The notes beneath the pieces are model-generated. The model was not told where the DNA came from and did not search any database. It worked only from the letters and a program-made list of their open reading frames with translations. This document shows positions 24,828 to 40,375 of a DNA stretch of 64,000 nucleotides, one piece after another (position 1 is the first letter of the stretch; each line of letters opens with the position of its first letter). Origin of the DNA: Octopus vulgaris (Eukaryota). A program made the position numbers and the translations under genes. The stretch covers positions 84,134,001 to 84,198,000 of the forward strand of contig OX597816.1 of the NCBI GenBank assembly GCA_951406725.2, given 5' to 3'.

Positions 24828-25275
24828 AAGGCGGCGAGCTGGCAGAATCGTTAGCACGCCGAGTAAAATGCTTTGCAACATTTCGTCCGTCTTTATGTTC
24901 TGAGTTCAAATCCCACCGGGGTTGATATTGCCATTCATCCTTTCGTGGTCGATAAAATAAGTACCAGTTGAGTATTGGGGGTCTATCAAATCGAATTGCC
25001 CGCTCCCTCGAAATTGCTGGCCTTGTGCCAAAATTTGAAATCAATATTCAATATCGTTAAGGCGGCGAGCTGGCAGAATCGTTAGCACGCCAGGCAAAAT
25101 ACTTATCAACATTTGATTCGTCTTTACGTCCTGAGTTCAAATCCTGCATGCCGTTGACTTCGCTTTCATCCTTTCGGGGTCGATAAAATAAGTACCAGTT
25201 GAGCACTGGGGTCAATGTAATCGACCAAAACTTTCAACCCGAAATTACTGGCCGTGTGCCAAAATTTGAAACCAA
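24828..25275 (+). mobile_element. Two tandem family A SINE copies with the short ccttgtgccaaaatttgaaa tail
   Basis: Both start aaggcggcgagctggcagaatcgttagcacgcc and end gtgccaaaatttgaaa; both are preceded by aatatcgt. Confidence 0.88.
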
Positions 25276-25714
25276 TTTTTAATATCGTTCTCTGGTTTGT
25301 GATGAGATCACAAAATTCGTGGTAGAGAGAGCTATGATTTGCTGAATCCATAAAAACGGCGTTTCATAATTTGCTGTATTGCGTTATATATCCTTCATTA
25401 CGCAAATGGCTTACATGTTGGCGCAGGTTCTGCTAGAAAGTTCAATAAAAATCCCTTTCAAATCACTCTTTAATTTCTTAAAAAGGAACAGAAATAATAG
25501 AGAATGTAGTCAACGGGGTATTATCGCGAGGATATATAAACAGGATTATGATGTAGAGATTAATTTTGATATATCTGCTCAATTGGATCCGAACTGGGGC
25601 TAAATAATAGTACGAATAGCAGCAATAAAGCAAAAATAAATCAACAAAATTAACAAGAACCTCTTTTGAGTTCAAGGATGTCGTGACAACCCTTTTTACC
25701 TTTATATATTTTTT

Positions 25715-26125
25715 TCTTTACTGCCAGCAAGGGGCTAAACATAGAGGGGACAAACAAGGACAACGAAAGGGATTAAGTCGATTACATCGACCCCACTGCG
25801 AAACTGGTACTTTATTCTTATCGACCTCGAAAGGATGAAAGGCAAAGTCGACCTTTGACGGAATTTGAACTCAGAACGTAACGGCAGGCGAAATACCTAT
25901 TTCTTTATTACCCACAAGGGGCTAAACATGGAGGGGACAAATAAGGACAGGCATAGGTATTAAGTCGATTACATCGACCCCAGTGCGTAACTGGTACTTT
26001 ATTTAATCGACCCCGAAAGGATGAAAGGCAAAGTCGACCTCGGCGGAATTTGAGCTTACAACGTAACGACAGACGAAATACGGCTACGCATTTCGCCTGG
26101 CGCGCTAACGTTTCTGCCAATTGCC
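25715..26125 (-). mobile_element. Family A SINE with duplicated body (long-tail subfamily)
   Basis: Reverse complement of the 4445-4865 arrangement. Confidence 0.85.
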
Positions 26126-26483
26126 GGTGGGTGAGGATGGTAGTGAAAGAAATACATGTGATATTATGAGGTTGAATTAATCGGCAATATATTCCTTCAG
26201 AATTTTTGAACTTATACCAATGTTAACAATCGAATGTAATAAAGTTCGTTTACCATCTGTGTTTATAGTTTTGAATTAGCGGTAGAAGGCGGTGGTGTGG
26301 TTACCAGATTCGACAAAGCGGTAAACAGCTTACCTTGCTAGCTACTAATCCGGGTTGAGGGGTCACAGATTTGATATTGCGAACGTTGATATACACACTC
26401 ATTAGTTCACGCATTCAAACACGCACATACATTCATTCACATATATTCATAGTCATTCATTCTCGCATACACACACACACACT

Positions 26484-26541
<58 letters not shown>

Positions 26542-26781
26542 TACACACAAACACACACACACAGTTGCTGAATATTTCCGTTTAAACATATACAAAAGAA
26601 GGTAAATCATATTTTAGCGCATAGTACTCAATACATGGAAGCATCGAATTCATTTCATTTATAATAATGATACATAAATTAAACTCGTCTTACTTCGTTC
26701 ACTAAATAAAATTGCTAACTACAATTCGTGAAAGAAATGAGAATATCGTATTTCAGAGTAATTGTTTTTGAAACATACATA

Positions 26782-27087
26782 CGTGGTCTGATCAATAAGT
26801 ATCCGGACTGTTGCCATAGTAACGAAGCTGAAGTACGTACTGTGTAGCCGCTTGGCACAGATTGCCTTTGACCGTTACTTCTGCTGTGCATGCGCATTAA
26901 GTTTTAACGTTCTAGCTCACTTTCACTGTTTACAGCAATACTTGGTAGAAATGTGTATAACGGAAGTGAACTAGAACGTTAAAACTTCGTGCGCAGGCTC
27001 AGCAGAGGTCAAAATCATCTGTTCCAAGCAGATTTACTCTGCGTCGTTACTATGGCAACAGTATGAATACTTATTGATCAGACCTCG
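26782..27087. mobile_element. Tc1/mariner-type MITE, almost fully palindromic
   Basis: TA|cgtggtctgatcaataagtatccggactgttgccatagtaacga ... tcgttactatggcaacagtatgaatacttattgatcagacctcg|TA; inner arms aagttttaacgttctag / ctagaacgttaaaactt. Confidence 0.92.
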
Positions 27088-27269
27088 TACATACATACAT
27101 ACATACATACATACATACATACATACATACATACATACATACATACATACATACATACATACATACATGCATTCATGCATACATATATACAGACAAACAC
27201 ACGTAGGCTGAATGTTACACGAAAATTTATAGACACAGAATGAAGCACACACACTCAGAAAGAAAGAAA

Positions 27270-27305
<36 letters not shown>

Positions 27306-27717
27306 AAGAAACACAGGTAAAGAGATAGATATACATATATGATAGGTATACATTCATAGAGCAGCAGTATGAATATATAGAGAAGAACAAAGGGACATAG
27401 CCTGTAGAGAGAGATGGAACGATAGCTAAAGTGAACCATAACGATATAAAAATTGAGAATTGTGTCTGAGAGAGAGAGAGAGAGAGAGAGAAATGGACAT
27501 TGAGCTGAAAAGTCAGTTAGTGAAGAGGAATATGTGAGAGTGACATTATCTATATAGAAGTAATAAAATTTCGATGCTATACACGGTGACTAGCAGGAGT
27601 TGTTCAGTGAATAATGACACGACTTCCACGTCAGGACAGATAGATAAATTTCCTGCTTTCAATGAGAGATTAGCAACGGCTGCGTTCCACTTGAAACATT
27701 TCATGTTTTATTGACTA

Positions 27718-29172
<1,455 letters not shown>

Positions 29173-29432
29173 AAACCAATCGTATATATATGTATATATA
29201 TATGTAAGTGTATGTGTGTGTCTTTGTCTCCGTGTTTCGTCCTCATCACTGCTTCACAACTGCTGCTCATTTATTTACATCCACTTAACTTACTGGTTTC
29301 ACAGGAACAAACTAATACAATAAGTACCAGGCTTATCAACATAAAAAAGCACTAGGCTGTGTCTCATATTTTTGTTTGCCCAATCAGTTGCATCAATCAA
29401 TTTATCTTTGTATGTGTTTGTGTATATATCTA

Positions 29433-30210
<778 letters not shown>

Positions 30211-30257
30211 TAGTCATACATGTATATCTATAGAAATACATCTATACATATACACAC

Positions 30258-30309
<52 letters not shown>

Positions 30310-30377
30310 CCATATATGTACATATATATATATGTATATATATATATATACATATATATATGTATATATATATATAT

Positions 30378-31677
30378 ACATTTTGATGACATTTTGAGAG
30401 CCTTGGGAGAGGGTTCCAACACTGATGTCATCTACCTTGATTTCAACAAGGCCTTTGACAGGGTTGATCATAAGATCCTTCTGAAAAAGCTGTCCAATAT
30501 TGGTGTCAGTGGAAAGCTGCTGCAGTGGATCAAGTGCTTCCTGTCTAACAGAACCCAACATGTTGTAGTCGAAGGAGTCAAATCCAGCCCAGCCAAAGTC
30601 AGCAGTGGTGTCCCACAAGGCACTGTGTTGGGCCCACTCCTCTTCATCATCTACATAAATGATATTACTGACACCATCAAACACAGTAACATCAGAACCT
30701 TCGCTGATGATTCCAAGCTCCAGAAGGTCATCAATGGCGTGGATGACCGAATAAGCCTTCAGTCAGACCTACTGGCTGTTGTCCAATGGGCGGAAAAGAA
30801 TAACATGCTAAACGAAGACAAATTCGAACTGATCCACTTTGGAAGGGAGGACGCTCTGAAACTCCCATACTCCCTTCCTTCTGGAGAAATTCTCATGGCG
30901 TCCAACAACATCAGAGACTTGGGAGTAACAGTGGGCAACAACATAAGCTGGGCTACACATATAATCAGCAAAGTTGACATGGCCCGCAGAATGTGTTCCT
31001 GGATTCTCAGAACCTTCCAGTCGAGAGATTCCCACGCTATTATCCTTCTCTTCTCCACTTTTGCCCGACCCCACCTTGAATACTGCTGTCCACTGTGGTC
31101 TCCCTACACAAAACAAAATATTATGAGAATTGAAGCTCCCCAAAGGTCAATCACAAAAAAGATAGATGGCATGTCAGACCTTGACTACTGGGGTAGACTA
31201 GAGAAGCTGAAACTGTATTCACTCCAACGACGCCGTGAACGCTACATTATCTGTATGATGTGGAAAATATTCCATCAGCACTGTCCGAATGATGTTGGCA
31301 TCACCTTCAAAATACATCTAAGGCTTGAACCACGTGCCATCCGTCCACAACAAAAATCTAAATCGCATCACATAACGACAATACGGCACAACTATTTCAC
31401 CTCAATTGGACCCGCTCTCTTCAACATTACACCAGGACACATCAAAAAAGAAACTGACCACACAAAATTCAAGAAGTCTTTGGACAAATTCCTTCAAACA
31501 GTCCCGGACAAACCACCCACACCTGGATATGTCTCCGCAAACAATAACTCTCTGCTCGAATGGGCCTTGGTGCCCAAATCCTGAATTGAAAGACTTCGCC
31601 AGGTGGTGCTATTAAGTTAGACATGGCCTGGGCCAATACTGGCCAAAACCTTTCTAAGTTATTCTAAGTTATTAAGT

Positions 31678-31680
<3 letters not shown>
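30378..31680 (+). mobile_element. CR1/L2-group LINE, 5'-truncated, with an open RT frame
   Basis: [50 protein letters not shown]; stop at 31584; (TTCTAAGTTA)-like tail; (TA)n flanks. The N-terminus of ORF 30220 is microsatellite. Confidence 0.93.
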
Positions 31681-31734
<54 letters not shown>

Positions 31735-31749
31735 ATATACATACAATAG

Positions 31750-32007
31750 AGAGATGTTTTTATTTCACTTTAACACGTAATACTGCCATAGTGGAGAAGA
31801 TATGATATTGCCGTGGGCCCGCCCTAGGCAAGAAGACAAATATTTGTTTTTGCCCATGACATTACATGGACCCTAAGTAAGGAATATGTTATATTTGAAT
31901 GAAATTGGTTGTGTAGTTTTAGGGATTCACACAGACAGACAGACAGACAGACAGACAGCTAGACGGACAGACAGACAGACACACATTCTCAGTTTTATAT
32001 ATATAGA
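31750..32007 (-). mobile_element. Helitron 5' module (same family as 12242-13713)
   Basis: Near-identical to 13380-13713; minus-strand start TCtatatatataaaactgagaatg. Confidence 0.8.
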
Positions 32008-32015
32008 TATACTAG

Positions 32016-32975
32016 GAAGGGATTAGCATTAGCTAAGGACTTCGAGGAAGCAACGGAATCTGGCTCTGCAGCTCAGGTGACGGCCAAGAGACTGGTGTTA
32101 AACCAGCATCTCGAAGCCCAACATATGGGTTGCATTGTTGTAGCCAAGATTCGTACATTGGGTTGTGAAGGAATCAAGGCAGCAGGATCGGCCCAAGTGG
32201 TGGAAGCCCAATGGGCAACGATGGCACAACTCGATCTTTGATGACCCAAAAATGTAAGTTGATCAACGAGCCCAAAGAGATGCGTGAGGTCCTTCAGGAG
32301 CACTTCACCCAGGTTTTCGGGGTGGGGTAAGTGGACCGGACAGTAAGAGGGACCTAACGGATTTCCTCGCCGGGTTGCCGCGCCTCTCGGAGCTTGACGC
32401 GGAGTGTTGTGAAGGGCCGATCACGCCTGAGGAGGTAATTGAGGCTATGGCGCACCGCGACGCGGGTAAGGCACCGGGACTGAATGGTCTACCCTATGAA
32501 CTGTATAAGAGTATGCCAGACTTGTTCGGGCACCTGGTGGCGAATGTCTATGCGAACTGGCAGCAGAATGAGTTCATTCCCAGATCTGTGCGCCGGGGAG
32601 TGGTGAGGCTTGTCAGAAAGGACCCGAACAAGGGGGGACTGCATTGATAATTTTTGGCCCATCACTCTGCTAAACACAGAGTTGAAGATTTTGGCCAAAG
32701 TGTTTTCGAAAAGATTGGCGCTTGTCGCATATGGCTTTATTGGGAAGGCACAGGCATGTGCCGTTTCCCGGTAGAACCATTCAGGATAATATCCATCTTC
32801 TACAGTACACTGTAGAAGGGTTTCATAATGATTCTTGCAAGTGAGAGACAGTGGTCGATTTAGACCAATCAAAGGCTTTTGACAGGGTAGACCATCATTA
32901 CCTGGTGTCCGTTCTGGCACAGTTCGGCCTGGGTATTAGTTTCCTCAGGTGGATCATTGAAATTTATAACAACAT
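32016..32975 (+). pseudogene. L1/Tx1-clade ORF2 (RT) fragment, decayed
   Basis: EGPITPEEV, GKAPGLNGLPYELYK, PITLLNTELKILAKV and [12 protein letters not shown] across frames. Confidence 0.88.
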
Positions 32976-33044
32976 CTCTGGTCGCCATAGCGCTCACTGT
33001 GGTGTCGTAGCCTTGGACAATGAGCCAAATGGCGCCCAGAGCGT

Positions 33045-33183
33045 TGCCCATGACACTCCATGGACCCTAAGGAAGGCATGTGTAAAATTTGAATGAAATT
33101 GGTTGTGTAGTTCTCAAGTTTTAGGGATTCACACAGGCAGACAGACAGACAGACACACATTCTCAGTTTTATATATATATAGA
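33045..33183 (-). mobile_element. Helitron 5' module, third copy
   Basis: catggaccctaaggaaggcatgtgtaaaatttgaatgaaattggttg...(CAGA)n cacacattctcagttttatatatatataga. Confidence 0.8.
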
Positions 33184-33351
33184 TAGATCAACAAAACTCT
33201 ATCTTCATTAACACACATAAAGACATCTCACACACACACACAACGTAAACACAAACACATAAACATACCCATACTCAAGAAAATACAACAGAAAATATCA
33301 CTTATTTTATATTGCAATATATGTATATGTATGCTTGTGTGTGTATGTATG

Positions 33352-33393
<42 letters not shown>

Positions 33394-33411
33394 TATGTAT
33401 ATACATATACG

Positions 33412-33454
<43 letters not shown>

Positions 33455-33455
33455 G

Positions 33456-33489
<34 letters not shown>

Positions 33490-34559
33490 TGTATGTATGA
33501 ATGTATACACACACATACGAGTATAATGTTCTTATGTCTTTCGAAAGCCAAATCAATACGAATTATAAGGTGAAAGGAAAATAATATGGTTCAATATTAT
33601 GCACTTTCAATATTTCGGGGTCAAGTTCTCCTCTTCATGAAAAGGAAGTCAGAGATTTGGTGTAGCGAGGTAGCTTTTCTGTTCTCTGGGGTATGTATGG
33701 TATGTATGTATGTGCATATATATGGGGTGGTGTATCTTTGCATGCACATGTTAACATTACAAAAACGGTGGAATGAGTAACTGTCAATTTTGTAGCAGCT
33801 TCCTGATCAACATCGTTTCGTGATACTCTGGAGCATATTGTGTTCTTTCACACAATACATCTATAAAAAGATTTTTGCCAGAAAAACTGCAATTTCTTAC
33901 TTTTCTACAATACACATAAGTGTCTTATAGATATGTGACAAGTCTCTCTTTTCTTTTTTATTTTGTTTGTTATGAAGTGGATGGCATATTTCTACAAACA
34001 CACCCAGACATGTACATTATTCTAGCCATTTATTAAATAGAGTAATATCGTTAACTCTAAGCCAGTATTACGTATATCCTGTGAAGCGTCAGAGTGCTCC
34101 ATCGTATTACATCATATTGTAATAATGGATGGTCATATAAATAGACAACTACAGAATATCCTTGTAGGCTTTTATAGTTATGGCCGAAGATTGAGTTATC
34201 ATCCCAAAACCAGCTCTTTCCTTTTTAAGGATTGACCTTTCCATCATAAAGAACGAGCATTGCATAACCCATGTAAAAGTAAACTGGGATTTTACCTCGA
34301 GTTTGACGTACGAACGCAAAAGAGGCGTAAGATGCTAATACCATAATCTGTGGCTGGTCACAAAACATAACCTTTTAGTTTATCCTCCAAAGTTTTATTT
34401 TTTATTCTTGTTCACTAGCAAACGATCCAGTTTGTTTTACCGTGGCCATGTTTTATTATTTTTCTCTCTTCTTACCTTTTATATGTGTATTTATATATGT
34501 GAAACATAAGATATGGTGGCGGTGATAATTTTGGTGTTCCACTAAGAACTTTAACATTA

Positions 34560-35403
34560 TTCTTTTATTCCTTTAATTGCTTCACTCATTTGACTGCAGC
34601 AATGCTGGAGCACCGCCTCTAATGGTTTTAGTCGAAGAAACCGACCCCAGGACTTATTCTTTTTAAGCCTATTACTTATTCTATCGATCTCTTTGGCCAA
34701 ACTGCTAAGTTACATTGACGTAAGCAGACCAACATTTGTCAAACTATGATGGGGGTGCAACTCAGACGCAAACACACACGCACATATACCCACAAAGATG
34801 CACGTGTACACACACATATGACAGGCTTCTGTCAGTTTTTGCCTACCAAATCCATGCTTAAGGCTTTGATCGGCCCGCGGCTTTAGAAGTCACTTGCCTA
34901 AGGTGCTTCGCAGTGGGACTGAACATGGAACCATGTGGTAGGTAAAGTAAGCTTCTTACCACAGCCACCCTAAAAAAATTAATTTCTTTTTATTCTTTCA
35001 CTTGTTTCAGTCTTTTGACTGCGGCCATGGTAGGGCACCCCCTTCAAGGGTTTTAGTCGAAAAAAATCGTCTCCAGGAATTATTCTTTTTAAGCTTAGTA
35101 CTCATTCTACCGGCCTCTTTGCCAAACTCCTAAGTTACGGGGACGTAAACATGCCAACTCCGGTTGTTAAGTGATGATGGGTGGACAAGCAGAGACACAA
35201 AGACACACACGCATAAATATATATATACATACACACACATATACAACGGGATTCTTTCAGTCTCCGTTTACCAAATCCATTCAAGTTTTTGGTCGGCTCG
35301 AGGCCATAATAGATGACAGTTGACCAAGGTGCCACATAGTGGGACTGAGCCCAGAACCATGTGGTTGGAAAGCAAGCTTCTTACCACACAGCCACGCCTG
35401 CAC
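34560..35403 (-). mobile_element. Two tandem family B SINEs
   Basis: Copies at 34560-34970 and 34985-35403. Confidence 0.82.
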
Positions 35404-35933
35404 TTATAATGTGAAACATAATTCATATCATTGGGTCACTTGAATTCTCTACGTTCATTTGAAATTCCAATTATGCAAATTAATACTGGCCAAAAATCTT
35501 CGTATCTCTCTCTTTTTCGTATAAACATTCTTTCACTGATCAAAGCAGGCTTTGTTAAACTATGCTAAGCTGATGATGGTTCAGTAAGACTGAAATATGC
35601 CTGTAGATATTCACTTGTCTGTGAACAAAGACACTTTTTCAAGCATGTAAATTCATATACTGAAACGAATATTTCGTCTAATTTTATTTTCAGTTATTTA
35701 CAATGTTCTACGAGATTTACTATAAAGTCCTTTTCTCCAAAGTAGAGGGACATTATAACTGAAGGAGATTAACTGAGATGCCATCAACATTCTTTAGTAT
35801 AGTTGTCTAAATACTTGTAATTAGCATTTGATAAAGTTCCGTGAGTATTAATATTCAAGAATAATTTAAATGAATAAAGAGAATAATACATCAACACTAT
35901 TTAATTATTACAGCATGCTTAATTTAAATATTT

Positions 35934-36022
35934 ATCCTACATATGTTTCTCCTGCATGGATATCTCGCGATGTGATTTACATCCAGTTTAAGACTGTGCC
36001 CATGCAGTTTTATTCAAGGTGT
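35934..36022 (-). ncRNA. HHR-like motif with extended stem II
   Basis: Minus strand: cc UUGAAUAA aa ctgcatgg-(~40 nt)-ccatgcag ga GAAA catat GUA gg; palindromic stem III catatg. Confidence 0.55.
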
Positions 36023-36099
36023 TGCCAGTATTGAGATTTTCCTATATGTTCCCTTCATGTATACATATATATTTATTCATTCAAACATTGGAAGTAAAG

Positions 36100-37130
36100 G
36101 CTTGAAATCAGTGCAGACAGTATTCGACTGTAATCGAATATCTCTCAGACTACACCTGCCAAAGAACAACAGCAAAACTAAATACATAAAACTAGAGCTA
36201 AGAAGTGAAAAGAACAGCCTTCATATCAGTTGAGAGCTCTATAGGAAGAACTCTCTTTCTGACGCTCTTTCTGAAACAGCTGAAGTAATATAACTTAAAG
36301 AATACCTAGATATGAAACAGTCAGCATAGCAATGATTAAGAATGATATTGGTATGTTTCTCGAATTCTTGAAGATGTCAGTAATATCGACATGAAGTGTA
36401 GCCTCTTTTGGAATTATGATCACTACATCACACTTCAAAGGTTGCAAATTTGGAACCTAAGAATATTTGATTCCTACAAAATACCTTATAAAAAAAAATA
36501 ACAGGCTCCCAAGATGTAATAGGAAATGTCGATTATGTCACATTTCTATAAAAGATATCACACACGTGAATGGCACACATGCGAATGTAATCAAGGTAAT
36601 TCACACTTGTGAATCTAATAAAGGTAACAGCTTACAAGCGACAAGACTTGCAAAATCAAGAAATAATGCCATCCGAAAAAGAAAAAAAATATGGAGAAAA
36701 CCCCTGTTAGTCAGTATATATTGGTGTCAAATTTTGGCACAGGGCCAGCAAGTTTAGGTGAGGGGCTAAGTCAATTACATCAACGCAGTATTCAACTGGT
36801 ACTTATTTTATTGACCCACGAAAGGATGAAAGGTAAAGTCGACCTTGGCGGTATTTGAACTCAGAACGTAAAGACGGACGAAATGCCGCTAAGTATTTCT
36901 ACCTGGAGTGCTAACGATTCTGTCAGCTTACCGTCTTCTGAGATACACCAATATTAACACAATGAATATGAATGGAACGTTCCCACAAAAGACTTCTATG
37001 AAGTGCTAATACAACAGGTCGGATATTGTTGCTTGGGATGTCTAAGAAAAAGTACGTACAGTCATAGAGGTTAGCTGCCCAAGTGATGTAAATATCTCAT
37101 TGAAAATCATTGATATGCACATTACAAATA
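36100..37130 (+). pseudogene. Decayed RLE-type non-LTR element C-terminus (R4/Dong/NeSL-like), interrupted by a family A SINE at 36722-36937
   Basis: CRLC-X8-H zinc finger in ORF 36467; YNRSDIVAWD...VIEVSCP near 37010-37085 resembles the PD..D/E restriction-like endonuclease. Confidence 0.7.
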
Positions 37131-37285
37131 CAATATATAAGTGGAACAGTTAAAGTATGTAAGACATTTCTCATGTGCAAAATGTGAATTTGTTTTTGTC
37201 ATTTACATTCCATCGTTGGAGGTTTGTATCTTTGCAGGAAGAGCAACTGCACCCGTACAGGAATATTTCAAATAGGCAAAATTAG

Positions 37286-37332
<47 letters not shown>

Positions 37333-37868
37333 CAGCACGAACGCAAGCACGAACGCACGCACACACACATACACACACACACACACACACACATTCATAC
37401 ACACATTCATACACACAAGGCTATCCTATTAATGTCTAAATTCCAATGAAATAGTCTTGCTTCTCTGACACTTTTCAATGGCAACAAATGAAAAAAAGTC
37501 AAGCATATATAAAAGTGTATGCGTGTGGGCGTGCATGTGTGTGGGCGTGCATGTGTGTGTGTGTATGTGTGCGTGTGAGTGTACTTATATATACAAACAC
37601 GAGCATAGATATATATTTTTACTTTTAGTTGGTACAGTTATTTGACTGCGGCCATTCTGGAGCACCGCCTTTAGTCGAACAAATCGACCCCAGGACTTGT
37701 TCTTTGTAAGCCTAGTACTCATTCTATCGGTCTCTTTCGCTGAGCTGGTAAGTTACGAAGACATAAACACACCATCATCAGTTGCCAAGCGACGTGGTGT
37801 GACAAATACAGACACACAAACATATATATATATACACAAGCACAACACATGCATACATACATATATAC

Positions 37869-37907
<39 letters not shown>

Positions 37908-37911
<4 letters not shown>

Positions 37912-39141
37912 CTCTTGACAAATGCCAAACTTCACACACCACATCCACCCCCAACAGTAAAAAAATGTGCACGCTCAAACTGTGGTACCTGCCCCTTTCT
38001 ACTTGAAGGCTCTGAATTTACCTTCAAACAAGGTACGAAGTTTAAAATCAAGACTAACTTCTCCTGTTCCTCCGAGAACCTTATCTACGTTCTCACATGC
38101 GCTGGTTGCCAACATAATTATGTTGGACAAACGAGTCTCCCGTTACGTAAACGAGTAACGGTGCATAAAGAACAAATAAATCTCCCGGAATACCGACAAA
38201 TTCCACTGAGTGACCACTTAGACTCATGTGCTAAAGACTTAAACCCCAAATTCTATATATTCCCCTTCTACCAATGTAAAGACGGGATCACCACACAGGA
38301 GAGAATTAACAAGGAGAATCTCTTTATTGAAAAATTCCAAACACAACTTAATATGCAAACTCCTCGTTGATCAAACTTCCTTTCTCTACCTCACTTTTCA
38401 TGGATGGACTAACACAAATATATAAAGATACCATGCATTCATCACTTCAAGCTAAAACTTATATTCTTTAAATATCATTTTTACTATTGTTGTTATTACT
38501 ATCATTTTTATTATAAATGATATGACAATTTGAAATGCAATTGTCTATGCAGATTTATATTATTAGAAAATAATGTAAATAAAGTGTTAAAATCTGAAAG
38601 TTAAGTTAACAAGCAATTATATAAAAAAGATAATGCAAATGAAGCTAAAATGATAGTTTTATAATTTGGGTTTTATTGAAGAACTTAAAAGAGTTGTCTC
38701 CCCTTACTCACAACACAGGAACTGAAGAACCAGGACCACAATTACTACTACTTCCTGTCCTGCAAACATGCTGAATTTAACAACACAACACAACACATGC
38801 TCTTAATCCCTTTGGATCTTAACACCTCAAGGTAATTTTTTCGTAAACAACCATAAAACGCAAGATACACAACGAACTCACAATGTATCGGAGAACTTAT
38901 TTTTTAATTTTTGTACATTTTTATCACTATTCTTTTACAAAAAACAATGCAATTTTCTTTTTTTCCCCTTTCTAATTTTTAAAAAACTTCTTAAAACATA
39001 AATATTCTTGACAAGTCATACAATGACGAAAACCGGTTGAATAAATATACATTTATATATTTTATCATTTTCTCATTTTATTAAAATTTTCTTTCATTTG
39101 AGCATTCTGCATTTAAAAAAAAAAAAAAATTTTTCCTTACT

Positions 39142-39145
<4 letters not shown>
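37908..39145 (+). mobile_element. Penelope-like element 3' portion (GIY-YIG endonuclease + pLTR)
   Basis: ORF 37915-38370: CARSNCGTC, IYVLTC..YVGQT, RVTVH, KENLFI..LN. Related to but diverged from 18093-18560. Confidence 0.9.
39003..39043 (+). ncRNA. Minimal type I hammerhead ribozyme, U3-A8 core variant
   Basis: tattc UUGACAA gtca-N5-tgac GAAA accggt t gaata. Confidence 0.7.
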
Positions 39146-39175
<30 letters not shown>

Positions 39176-39644
39176 GACGGGCTTCTTTCAGTTTCCATCT
39201 GTGAAATTCATTCACAAGGCTTTGGCCGGACGGACCGAGTCTATAGTAGAAGATACTTGGCCAAGGTGCCATGTAATGGGACTGAACCCAGAAGCTGAAC
39301 TGTGGTTGGGAAGCAAGCTTCTTACCACACAGCCACGCCTAAATACTTATACACATATGAGTGTGCATATAATACATATATCTACACATACACAGACAGG
39401 AACACACACACACATATATATATTTGTATGTATATGTATAATATACATGTATGTACGCAGCAATTAATACATACGAAAGTAATTTTTATTGTGCCTTATG
39501 AAGTGTTAATAAAACAATTTTTGAGAAGAAAATTCACACCTAGTAAAATTTATAATTGCTATGAAGAGCTTTAATATTTTGTTAGTCATCCACCATACCT
39601 TCATCCGTTTACCATCGTTACAAGAACAACGACAACTACTACTG

Positions 39645-39695
<51 letters not shown>

Positions 39696-39941
39696 ATTGT
39701 GTATTTTTGTAACAGTATGTACTGATTTCGAATCCTATCGAAGTCACTGTTGCATTTCGAGGGGTGATAAAATAAGGCGCAACAATCACTGGTGTCTGCT
39801 TCATCCGCTTGAACCCCGCTCCCAAATGTCCATCCCTGTAGTTTATTTAAAAGCAAATACTACCCCAGTAGTTAGGGAATAAGTATCAGGGATGGAATGA
39901 GTCTTTTCTGAGTATACATTGGGTTCTGACTCAATATCTGT

Positions 39942-40131
39942 TACTCTTTTACTCTTTTAGTTGTTTCAGCCATTTGACTGCGGCCATGCTGGAGCACCGC
40001 CTTTAGTCGAACAAATCGACCCTAGGACTTATTCTTTGTAAACTTATTCTATCGGTCTCTTTTGCCGAACCGCTAAGTTACGGGGACATAAACACACCAG
40101 CATCGGTTGTCAAGCGATGTTGGGGGGACAA

Positions 40132-40209
<78 letters not shown>

Positions 40210-40375
40210 CATATGTACGACTGGCTTCTTTCAGTTTTCGTCTACCAAATCCACTCACAAGGCTTTGGTCGGCCCGAGACTATAGTAAAAGACACTTGCC
40301 CAAGGTGCGCTATGCTGTGGGACTGAACCCAGAACCATGTGGTTAGTAAGCAAGCTACTTAGCACACAACCACTT
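39942..40375 (-). mobile_element. Family B SINE
   Basis: Near-consensus reverse copy. Confidence 0.88.

Larger units (their letters stand above)
37620..39340 (-). mobile_element. Family B SINE split by a Penelope insertion
   Basis: SINE tail at 37620-37830, SINE head at 39173-39340; the intervening (TA)n contains the Penelope fragment. Confidence 0.8.

Noticed and set aside
30220-30377. N-terminal part of the 454-aa ORF
   Set aside because: Microsatellite read-through in frame with a truncated LINE RT, not a domesticated gene.
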